From an archaeon (GTDB lineage: Archaea; Iainarchaeota; Iainarchaeia; Iainarchaeales; CSSED10-239), in contig JBBABY010000004.1 in assembly GCA_041657425.1 (NCBI GenBank), forward strand, positions 1,377 to 65,376: a stretch of DNA of 64,000 bases, given 5' to 3'. A model generated the notes under the pieces. It was not told the DNA's origin, searched no databases, and was given only the letters and a program-made list of their open reading frames with translations. Shown here one piece after another: positions 32,737 through 41,862 of this stretch (position 1 is the first letter of the stretch; each line of letters begins with the position of its first letter). Position numbers and translations under genes: made by a program.

Positions 32737-35700
32737 TTAATTACCATTATAACTTTGTATTATTTGATTTTTTACATTTGAAGAAACCTTTATTTTGTCT
32801 TCTTCCCATTTAATATAAGCCCCAAATAGCTCGGTGTTTAAACAAGCATTCCCATTTTCTACTTGATCTAATGCGTCTTGTAAGGATATTACTTTAGAAA
32901 CACTAGAATGCATTTGTAAATTTGTAACCCCTGTAGTGCTATTTAAATCATATAATCTAGAACCACTATTATTATCTAATCCATCTAACGACAAGGTTAG
33001 AAGTCCTAAATTAATTTGAGGATTAACTGGCAAGTAAATTAATGATTCTAATAAATAGTTCGGATTAAGATTACTACCATATTTACTTACGAATTGTGGT
33101 TTTGTAATTGTATGTCTTAAATAAATACTATGTGGCCCATAAATTGCATTATCAGTAATTGTATTTACATAATTAAAATCACTTTGATCTTTCCATTTGA
33201 TAAATGATGGCCAACTTAATATTTGAGTGTTCTGAGATTTCAATATATAATTAAAATTTTGGTCTTGTATTCCACTAACTTTTGCAAATATGTTTACTGG
33301 TAAAGATGGTGTAAAATTCAAACGCAAATTTATTTTATTATTTGTAATTTTATCTATTTCTAAATCAAATAACGTTCCATCAGAATCTAATACATCTGAA
33401 ACTTGCCAACCAATGTCGTAACTAGTTGGGTGTGATGCAGTAATATTTACAACTCCACTACAATCTCGCTCTTCACAATTAGTTGTTGCCTTATATAATT
33501 TTACAGTTGATGTTCCTAATAATGCAACATCTATTAATTCATTATAATTATAATCCCCAACAATAGAAGACCCATAACCAATTCTATGAACTGTTCCATT
33601 TGCTTGTTTTCCGAAATCTCCATCTATTGGTATAGAATAAAATAAATTATTGTTATTAACCGGAATCAGCCGTATTAATTTTAATTTAATTGTAAAATCA
33701 GATGGCACATTTGGGTCATAATTCTCTACAATAATTTGATATTTACCAACACTAATGGTACTTTCGTTACTTGCATCCACCTTTGATAAAGCTATTGATT
33801 TTTCAGAATCATTATCTAGATATGCTGTTCTAAAATCACCGTCTATTAATGGTGCATTCTGAAAAGTATTATATTTTAATCTAAAATCATTTAATAAATC
33901 TTCTGAAACACCGTCTGCCATTAAATAAATATAATTATTTTGATCAGAATAATTATCATTACTACTTATTAGTGAAAATATAGAATATAACATTTGTACA
34001 GAATCACAATGTATCATATCTGCATTATAATTTAAAGAATTATCAATACATAAATTTACCCATGATTTTCCAGATGGTAATTCTGAATCTTCCCAAGCAT
34101 ACACTATCTTTGGTAAGGCCTCAACTCCTGTTTTACAAACATCAGATGATGTGCTGGATCCACATTTTCCAAGTATATAATAATCTGGCAAACTTATCTG
34201 TCCACCAACTCCTAAACAAAAAGTATTTGTCATTCCAATTTCTGAAACCGTAATTGCTGGATCTTCTGAGATATAAGACACAACAATAGTTAAATCTCTA
34301 GGTACTTCAAAAAGATTATTATTGATATTTAAATCAAAAATTATATTTTTATTATAATTTAGAGAAGATTGATTACTATCTATTAAATTTGTATAATTTC
34401 CATCAATAAAGATTATTACATCTTGATTAGAATCAGGAGAAACCAATACTGGGATAGTATTTACAGAAAAACTAGTTGGAAATGGATCTTGTAAATTTAT
34501 TTCTTCTAAATAAAGTTTATATCCTTTAGTATTATTCTTTAAATTATAGATTTTTGCAGAATTACACCAAATATTACTATGGCAATTAACACCCATACCA
34601 TTTCCATAGATGCCTGTGCCAATTGAGAATACTGAATCTCTAGGATAAATCTTTATATTTAATGGAATTGCATAAATAAAATTACTTATAGAATTACCCA
34701 CCTTTAAATTAACAGTTATATTTTTACTAATAATCTCTGTACCACTATAATTATTTGCTAAATTAAAATTAAAAGTTACTAGGCCAGACAATTTATTGCC
34801 ACCTGAAACTACATTTTCTGTGTAGTTAAACTCCACTATATTATTAATATCTTCTCCAGCTATTGTTATATCTAATAAGTTATAATTTGCATCTCTAGTT
34901 TCAAATAATAAATCTAGATTATAGTCTAATGTTTTACTTTCGGAAAGATCAGTTATTAATTCTAAATTGTTGCCACCATTACTATCTGAATAATACCCCT
35001 CAGGAGTATTTTCAAATTTAGAATGGTCTGTAATTGTTACTTTTTGTACTAATACAAGAGAATTTGTATCTCTATAAATTGTAATTGTAGTATTATCTAA
35101 AGAATTTTGGATTTTAAAAATATTATTATATTGGAAATCAATTGGACCAGCTGGTGCATTTGAATCAATTAAAACACTGGTAATAACTTCTGTGTTTTCT
35201 CCTAAAATCCCTTTTGGCAGATTATTCTCTGAAACTAAATTAGAATTGATTATCTCTGTTTCTAGATAATTATTATCAGCTACCGATATTTCTTCTATAC
35301 TTACAATACTATTTGTTCTTTTTTTAATTATATAATTATTAGTTACAAGAGATGTGCTTTCTATTCCATTTACATCTAAAATTGTATTATTAAATATTAA
35401 TCTATTATTACTAGTAATCAACTTTCCTTCCAAATCAAAGATATCTATTCCGTACCCAATTGTTAGTGATTTAGATAATTCATTATTTGGGATATTTAAA
35501 CCAGTCATTGTAAATATAAATGTAATTGTCTGTCCTGAAAAATTATCTGGAATGAATATTTGAGTATTTAACTGATTCCCTTGAGCTTCATTTGTTTGCC
35601 CTAATTGTATCACAGAATTTTCTGTTCCAATTCTATATTTAACAGGAATATTATTTTGAGGCACTCCTACTGCATTTTTTATACTTATATTCAAATCATT

Positions 35701-38700
35701 TACTCCAATATATATATTTCCATCACTACTATTGGAAATTATTTCTATATTATAATTACTATCTGAATAAGATAATACATTTGTATTAATTGTTTCTAAT
35801 GTATTTTGATTATTTTTAAATAAACGAGTTACAATCTTTGGTGTGCCTGTTAATGAAAAGAAATTAACTGGTGTTCCAATTGTATTAAATATAAAGGAAT
35901 ATGCTCTACGTGTTGTTTTTTGCGGGATTGTAATTGTGGTGTTATTATCTAATACTTGAAATAAATTTGAATTCGTATCTTTAAATGAAAAATTTCTAAA
36001 TTTATAATTCCCATTTGTATTTTCTTGAGTGTCTATTATATCTCCTGTTTTATTTTGATCAGAGAAATATGTAAAATTAAAATCATAATTATAATTTCTA
36101 TTTGTATAAAGTATATAATCTGATCCAAATTTTGTTAATGGCCCATTTACGTCTGCCAATACTAATGAATAAGAATAATCAATAGAACTAAATGGAATTG
36201 GTCTTAATTCGCTATTTGCGTAGAAAAATCCTTCTGGTTGTATTGACCAACTTTGCCAATTAGACAATGTCGGATTAAATGCAAATGTTTGAAGATTTCC
36301 ATTTATAGATTTGTAATTTATTTTATAATAATTAGGATTTGTAACTTCGTTTTTAAATCTTATATTTACAGAATATTCAATTATACTACTTTCAATTCCA
36401 CTAAAATCAAACTCTATCCATTTATATTTGTCCGTTGGACAATTAGCTCTTGAAAGATCATTTTGGTAATAAGCATTAAAGTAAATTGCGTTCCAATCAA
36501 TTAGATCTCCTCTATATTTACATCCAGAACTTATTTCTACATCTTCTGGGACAAATAAATTGTTATTTGAAATAAATATATAATCGTCATTTGTAGTCAA
36601 AAATTGACCAGCCCTAATCTGTGATTTTTTTAATACATTTTGGGATTCTGAACCAAATACTGATTTAAATTTTAATTTATATTCTTTTCTTATATCATTC
36701 TCCCCAGAGAATCCTATATTTGTAATTCTAGTACTCCCTGTTTCATCATATAAACCTAAAAACTCAGTACTGGTTTGAATATTTACTATTGATGCAGGGA
36801 AAGTAATTTCTTTAAATGTGGTTTGACCAGGAACTAATGAAATTAAATCTGTCTGATAAATAATATCGTTTTTTATTATTTTTAGATAGATTCTATTATT
36901 GGAACAACTAAAAATAATTGTTTTATTAACATCTGTACTATTTCCTGTAATTATATATTCTTCAGAATCAATCTCTTCTCCATTTTGAGTATATGCCACT
37001 ATATTATAATCTTGATTTGGAGTTATCTTTATATTTAATATTTTTGATTGATTTTCTAAATCTATATCTAATTCTAATAAACTATTATTATCTAGTTTTA
37101 CTTCGGGAAGAGAATCCCCATCTGCGTTTTCATATCTTAAAATAGAATAAGCATAATATTTTCTATTGCTTCTAACATTTAAGAAATTAACGTCTCCATT
37201 TAAATTTGTTAATGATGGGCTTTCTGGATTATATAATATATAATCATCCCCTTGCTTGTAGTATAAATAAACTAAAGCATTTGCTCTGTTGTATCCATCT
37301 TTTTTTACATTTACAGAAATCTTTCCACTATTTAATGCAGAAGAATAAGTTAATGGTATTTCTATTAATTTATTTATGTCCGCTAAATTATTAATATCTA
37401 TTGAATCTGGAGAGAGATATCCTAAATCTTCAGTTCCTGAAACTACTACTCTATAGTTTTTATTTGCTAATAATATAAATGTTGTTTGATTTACATCACT
37501 TCTTGTGTTTACTAAAGAACTAACATTTGCATCTCTTCTATATACTGAAATGTCTCCTTTTACTAATACACTTGTATTTTGATCTTTTAATTTTATGGTT
37601 AAATTTGATATTTTTCCCACAACACAACCTGTTCCGTTTGGATTAGGAATGGTAAGCCCTACTAGTAATGGACTATTACAATCTAGTCTCCCATTTATAC
37701 AAAATTGAGCAAATGCAGAATTAGAACAATTAATATTTTCTAAATCTTGAGCCGTAAATAAAGTTATGTTTGCAGAGGTTATATTATTATTTACTACTAC
37801 AAAAGGCCCTTGTTTTGGTAATGATATGTATCCTAATTTATCCGCAGAAATCAAGTAATTACCCGCAGACAAATTAAATTTATATTTACCATAAAGATCA
37901 GTTGTTCCAGTATCTACTGTTTGATCAGATTCGTTCATTGCTGTTAGAGGATTATCAATTACTTGTGCTTTAACATTTACACTTTGAATTGCTTGCCCAC
38001 GAGAATCTTTTATCACGACTTCTAAAACACCTGTATTTGAATTAATTTTAGTTAATTCAATAACATTGTTTTCAGGTATTTCTCTTTCAGTTACTAATTC
38101 ATAATTATTAGAATTAACTGTTATTAATAATTTTCCACAGTTTTTTGTTTGTATTACACTAGTTCTTCCTGTCGTTACATTTGTGGTTTTTGGTTGCGAA
38201 AGTACGGCTGTGTTTGTACACTTAAATGTAACATTTAAGTTATCTATTATAACAACATCAAAACTTTTAAAAATTATTTCTCTTCTTCTCTCTGGAGTTT
38301 CAGGATATTCAAATTTACTAGGGTCTATTTTTAATATTACTTTTTCTTCTTGTATTTTAGAATTTAATTGTATTTCTTTATTTATATCTTTATAGTTTTC
38401 TTTAGATACTACGATATTTACTTTTTTAGATTTTATACTGGTAAATTCGGAAATTCCAAAAACGTCTGTTAATTTATTCTCTGAAAGTTTATCTGTAATA
38501 TAAGAAACATTTACATCTACTAATGGAAAATCTTGTTCATCTACAACATACACTGATAAACTGCTTTCTGAACTTGTAGCTAATACTCCGCTTGTAAATA
38601 AGAAATAAAATCCCCCTAATATCCCAAGTAATAATATAATTGATAAAATAAAACTAGGAAATACTTTGTCAATTGGATCAGTTATTTTATATATTGGAAT

Positions 38701-39045
38701 AACTTTATTTACTTTATCTAAAAAAGAATAATAATTATCTTCTAATAAATAATAGAATTTAATAAATGGATTAGTTCGCTTTTTTGGAGACATACTTTCT
38801 TTCTTTACAATTACTGTTTTAGATAACTCTGCAAGTATTTTTTGTTTATTAGCTTGTATTTCTTTATCTGTTATATTTGTGTTATTAGACATCTTCTTTT
38901 TTGCCTCTAATGCCTTTAATACTTCTGTTATTGTACTTTCAGAATACCCATTTTGGACTAATAACTCTTTTACTTGTGATTTACTTAAATTTGTTTTACT
39001 TTCAAAAACTTTTGAAATCTTTTCTATGTCTTTTTTATCTGTCAT
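32737..39045 (-). CDS. Giant (2102 aa) N-terminally anchored surface protein with CarboxypepD_reg-like beta-sandwich repeats and the shared C-terminal module.
   Basis: There is an N-terminal cytoplasmic segment followed by FLDKVNKVIPIYKITDPIDKVFP and a TM helix. Prealbumin-like repeats are present (VVIKDSRGQAIQSVNVKAQV..TDLYGKYKFNLSAGNYLISADKLGY). The C-terminal motif is GVEALPKIVYAW...HCDSVQ. Confidence 0.85.
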   Translation of the reverse strand: MTDKKDIEKISKVFESKTNLSKSQVKELLVQNGYSESTITEVLKALEAKKKMSNNTNITDKEIQANKQKILAELSKTVIVKKESMSPKKRTNPFIKFYYLLEDNYYSFLDKVNKVIPIYKITDPIDKVFPSFILSIILLLGILGGFYFLFTSGVLATSSESSLSVYVVDEQDFPLVDVNVSYITDKLSENKLTDVFGISEFTSIKSKKVNIVVSKENYKDINKEIQLNSKIQEEKVILKIDPSKFEYPETPERRREIIFKSFDVVIIDNLNVTFKCTNTAVLSQPKTTNVTTGRTSVIQTKNCGKLLITVNSNNYELVTEREIPENNVIELTKINSNTGVLEVVIKDSRGQAIQSVNVKAQVIDNPLTAMNESDQTVDTGTTDLYGKYKFNLSAGNYLISADKLGYISLPKQGPFVVVNNNITSANITLFTAQDLENINCSNSAFAQFCINGRLDCNSPLLVGLTIPNPNGTGCVVGKISNLTIKLKDQNTSVLVKGDISVYRRDANVSSLVNTRSDVNQTTFILLANKNYRVVVSGTEDLGYLSPDSIDINNLADINKLIEIPLTYSSALNSGKISVNVKKDGYNRANALVYLYYKQGDDYILYNPESPSLTNLNGDVNFLNVRSNRKYYAYSILRYENADGDSLPEVKLDNNSLLELDIDLENQSKILNIKITPNQDYNIVAYTQNGEEIDSEEYIITGNSTDVNKTIIFSCSNNRIYLKIIKNDIIYQTDLISLVPGQTTFKEITFPASIVNIQTSTEFLGLYDETGSTRITNIGFSGENDIRKEYKLKFKSVFGSESQNVLKKSQIRAGQFLTTNDDYIFISNNNLFVPEDVEISSGCKYRGDLIDWNAIYFNAYYQNDLSRANCPTDKYKWIEFDFSGIESSIIEYSVNIRFKNEVTNPNYYKINYKSINGNLQTFAFNPTLSNWQSWSIQPEGFFYANSELRPIPFSSIDYSYSLVLADVNGPLTKFGSDYILYTNRNYNYDFNFTYFSDQNKTGDIIDTQENTNGNYKFRNFSFKDTNSNLFQVLDNNTTITIPQKTTRRAYSFIFNTIGTPVNFFSLTGTPKIVTRLFKNNQNTLETINTNVLSYSDSNYNIEIISNSSDGNIYIGVNDLNISIKNAVGVPQNNIPVKYRIGTENSVIQLGQTNEAQGNQLNTQIFIPDNFSGQTITFIFTMTGLNIPNNELSKSLTIGYGIDIFDLEGKLITSNNRLIFNNTILDVNGIESTSLVTNNYIIKKRTNSIVSIEEISVADNNYLETEIINSNLVSENNLPKGILGENTEVITSVLIDSNAPAGPIDFQYNNIFKIQNSLDNTTITIYRDTNSLVLVQKVTITDHSKFENTPEGYYSDSNGGNNLELITDLSESKTLDYNLDLLFETRDANYNLLDITIAGEDINNIVEFNYTENVVSGGNKLSGLVTFNFNLANNYSGTEIISKNITVNLKVGNSISNFIYAIPLNIKIYPRDSVFSIGTGIYGNGMGVNCHSNIWCNSAKIYNLKNNTKGYKLYLEEINLQDPFPTSFSVNTIPVLVSPDSNQDVIIFIDGNYTNLIDSNQSSLNYNKNIIFDLNINNNLFEVPRDLTIVVSYISEDPAITVSEIGMTNTFCLGVGGQISLPDYYILGKCGSSTSSDVCKTGVEALPKIVYAWEDSELPSGKSWVNLCIDNSLNYNADMIHCDSVQMLYSIFSLISSNDNYSDQNNYIYLMADGVSEDLLNDFRLKYNTFQNAPLIDGDFRTAYLDNDSEKSIALSKVDASNESTISVGKYQIIVENYDPNVPSDFTIKLKLIRLIPVNNNNLFYSIPIDGDFGKQANGTVHRIGYGSSIVGDYNYNELIDVALLGTSTVKLYKATTNCEERDCSGVVNITASHPTSYDIGWQVSDVLDSDGTLFDLEIDKITNNKINLRLNFTPSLPVNIFAKVSGIQDQNFNYILKSQNTQILSWPSFIKWKDQSDFNYVNTITDNAIYGPHSIYLRHTITKPQFVSKYGSNLNPNYLLESLIYLPVNPQINLGLLTLSLDGLDNNSGSRLYDLNSTTGVTNLQMHSSVSKVISLQDALDQVENGNACLNTELFGAYIKWEEDKIKVSSNVKNQIIQSYNGN

Positions 39046-39061
39046 CTTAATTCACATAAAT

Positions 39062-41104
39062 TTAATCTTGGTTAAATAAACTATTTAATGGGATAAATGG
39101 AAATTCAAATCTGTCATTTCCAATTTTGCCATCTAAATAATATTCTTGACCATAGCAATACAAATAATCACCACTAACTAATGTAGGCAAATCTTCATCA
39201 GGAGATGCACCGTAATACTTTAGTTCATTTTTTGTTATTTTATATACATACATATTTAAGTCTTCATTAAGTTCGCCAATTATTGGAACTTTATTTATAT
39301 ACACCGGCAATGTTCGTCCATCAGCTCTTTTTGTAATATATTTCTGGTAAGGCGTAGTATCATAAGAATAAAATATTTTTAAATCTTCAGGAGCAATTGT
39401 TCCTGATTTATTTGAATATAAATTATATTCTCCTGTATATCTGTTAATTGAATTATCTAAATCGATAATTTCACAATATGGACAATATTTATATGTTACA
39501 TCTATTCCTGAAGCACCCAACATACTACTAACTGCGTCCTTATTTGTCGCAAAAATATATTTAAAACCATTTACATTATAATTGACTGATGTCGGATTAA
39601 TATAACAACCATTTATCTTTATAGTATTATAAAAATAATCTATATCAAATATATCTATATTTGCAGTTATATTTTTTGGCAAAAAAGAACCATTCTTTAA
39701 ATTATTTATATCTATCCCGGATAGTTTTAAATTTAAATTGTTTAATGGTCTCATATTTCCTGCATTTTCAAAAACATCATTTCCACCATTATTTGTAGAG
39801 TTTTGAGCTAATTGATAATCTGCGTTTGTAAAATTAAATATTGAAGTAAATTCAAAATTTGAGGAATTATTTTCTAAATAGTTGATATTTAAATTTCCTA
39901 ATTTCCCTGGTTGGCCAAAAGTTGCGTCATTATAATAAACACAAGTATCATCAGAAATCGTTGATGTTTTAGCTAATGCCCCATTCTTTATGTTTAATTG
40001 AAATTCAGAAGTGCTAGATTTATTTAATAGACTAGTAATATTAACATCACTTATATTTCCACCACTGCCACCATTCCCATTTTTCCCATCTTGACAATGT
40101 TCGCCTTTATCTGCTCTTTGCATTGCGCCCATTCCTCCATCTCCTGCAACTAAATAAAGTTTAAAAACATTATAATTTCCAATTTCTTTTATACTTTTTA
40201 TATTAATATATCCCCCACTACCTCCATTACCTCCATTAAATGTCTCATCCGAACTATCATCTATTGAAGAATATCCTCCGGTCCCACCATTTCCTGTTTT
40301 TAAATTTATAATCAAATCCTGATAGTTAGAGATATAATTTACATTAAAATCTATGTTCCCTGAATTTCCTCCGTGTCCGCCAGACTGGTCATAACTACCA
40401 CCACAATCTGCTTTATCTCTATATTCTCCATCTCCACCTATGCCAGTATTTAAATCAATATTTATATTTCCATAATTCTCAATATAATTAACATCTAAAG
40501 ATACATGCCCACTTCCGGAACCATTTGGATAACTTGAAGCGCCACAATTATTATTACGCCCTCTAGATATTCCATTAGTACTTAACATTTTTATATTTAG
40601 GACAGAATTATTCTCTACAGAAATAGACTTTATTTTTAAAGCATAAGATTTATCACTTGGTGACGAATAATTTGACAAGATATTTAACGTTTTTCCTGAT
40701 TCTAAAATAAGATTAGGTAGCTTAATATTATTTGCATTCGCACCTATTAAAATATTTGTACTATTACTTATAATTAAATAATCAATAAAATTGGAAGTTT
40801 CCATTGAGAAATCAAAATTCGCGTTTAAACTTAGCTGTCTATTGTTTGTATGAAATTTAACTGTATAGCCGTCACAATTTTGAACGGCATAAAGAGAATT
40901 AATTGCAGTATTATTATTTACAACAATGTTACTTGTAAAATTACAAATACAAATATTTGAACTGGAATCACAAGAATCACAATTGACTTTTCCTGCAAAT
41001 GGAGATTCAGATGGAAAACTAATAATACAACTCGCAAACATAGAATTTAATAATAAGGTCATTGCCATTATTAAAAAAATAAATGTTATTGTTTTTCTTA
41101 TCAT
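39062..41104 (-). CDS. Secreted Gly-rich repeat protein, beta-helix-like (680 aa from ATG 41104).
   Basis: The signal-like N-terminus is MIRKTITFIFLIMAMTLLLNSMFASC. There are at least four repeats of the form G.GG.GG...I.F.VNYI.NY....I.L.TG.GG.G. The track ORF's upstream extension overlaps the previous gene. Confidence 0.7.
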   Translation of the reverse strand: MIRKTITFIFLIMAMTLLLNSMFASCIISFPSESPFAGKVNCDSCDSSSNICICNFTSNIVVNNNTAINSLYAVQNCDGYTVKFHTNNRQLSLNANFDFSMETSNFIDYLIISNSTNILIGANANNIKLPNLILESGKTLNILSNYSSPSDKSYALKIKSISVENNSVLNIKMLSTNGISRGRNNNCGASSYPNGSGSGHVSLDVNYIENYGNINIDLNTGIGGDGEYRDKADCGGSYDQSGGHGGNSGNIDFNVNYISNYQDLIINLKTGNGGTGGYSSIDDSSDETFNGGNGGSGGYINIKSIKEIGNYNVFKLYLVAGDGGMGAMQRADKGEHCQDGKNGNGGSGGNISDVNITSLLNKSSTSEFQLNIKNGALAKTSTISDDTCVYYNDATFGQPGKLGNLNINYLENNSSNFEFTSIFNFTNADYQLAQNSTNNGGNDVFENAGNMRPLNNLNLKLSGIDINNLKNGSFLPKNITANIDIFDIDYFYNTIKINGCYINPTSVNYNVNGFKYIFATNKDAVSSMLGASGIDVTYKYCPYCEIIDLDNSINRYTGEYNLYSNKSGTIAPEDLKIFYSYDTTPYQKYITKRADGRTLPVYINKVPIIGELNEDLNMYVYKITKNELKYYGASPDEDLPTLVSGDYLYCYGQEYYLDGKIGNDRFEFPFIPLNSLFNQD

Positions 41105-41117
41105 TTTTATCACGTAA

Positions 41118-41546
41118 TTATGATACTTGCTTAAATACAAATGGTAATGAGACAGAATTATTTTCTGAAACTGAATTAGTATAACAAAAAATTGTAGACA
41201 TGGTATATGGCCAAATAAAATCTTTTGCAACTAATATCTGTGGATCTTTATTGCCTGTATTTCTTAAAAAGAAATTAATACTTTTGTTTCCATTAGAGAA
41301 TATAAAATTATTAGATATTGACGTTTCTTCGCCAACAAGATTTGGAGAAAATGCACTGCCTAAAAAAGGAGCATTACAGAAACTAAACTCAGGGTTATCA
41401 ATTGTAATTCTTCCAAAAATTATGGGAGTAATATTCTTATTTTGATCATTAAATGTAATCCAATCAAGGTTGTCTTCTGCAAAAATAGGACCAGTACTTA
41501 TTAATAGAAAGAAAACTACAAATAAATATTTGAAATTATTTTGCAT
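41118..41546 (-). CDS. Small secreted protein, hypothetical.
   Basis: The 142-aa protein has the signal peptide MQNNFKYLFVVFFLLISTGPIFAEDN. It lies 13 nt upstream of the Gly-rich protein gene. Confidence 0.55.
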   Translation of the reverse strand: MQNNFKYLFVVFFLLISTGPIFAEDNLDWITFNDQNKNITPIIFGRITIDNPEFSFCNAPFLGSAFSPNLVGEETSISNNFIFSNGNKSINFFLRNTGNKDPQILVAKDFIWPYTMSTIFCYTNSVSENNSVSLPFVFKQVS

Positions 41547-41862
41547 AGATTGTTCTTTTTTTAAGTAAAATATATTTATATATATAATAATAAGATATAT
41601 TCCTTTAAAAATTTATCTTTTCTTAATTTAACTAAAAAATTAGTTCTTTTCTTAATCGGCCTAAAGAATTAGTTTTATTGCCAGAATAGAAATAATAATA
41701 TGAATTCTACTATAAGTATAAATATTATTATTTTTAATGACATTTTCATGGTTTTTTCCTATTAATTTATAAAAACTGCTATACTATATTACTTGAATCT
41801 ATTTATATTACTTTTCTTAAAAGACAAAAATCAACTTTTTAAGAAATAAAAAAGAAAAGAAT

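Noticed and set aside
41105-41230. The N-terminal extension of ORF 39062..41230, which overlaps the 142-aa gene.
   Set aside because: The internal ATG at 41104 yields a typical signal peptide (MIRKTITFIFLIMAMTLLLN) and removes the overlap. The extension is hydrophobic nonsense with no support.
41547-41862. The 316-bp AT-rich gap inside the giant locus, containing a 24-codon hydrophobic mini-ORF (MKMSLKIIIFILIVEFILLFLFWQ) on the minus strand.
   Set aside because: It is too short and too low in complexity to support as a gene from sequence alone. The gap is more simply an internal promoter or terminator region.
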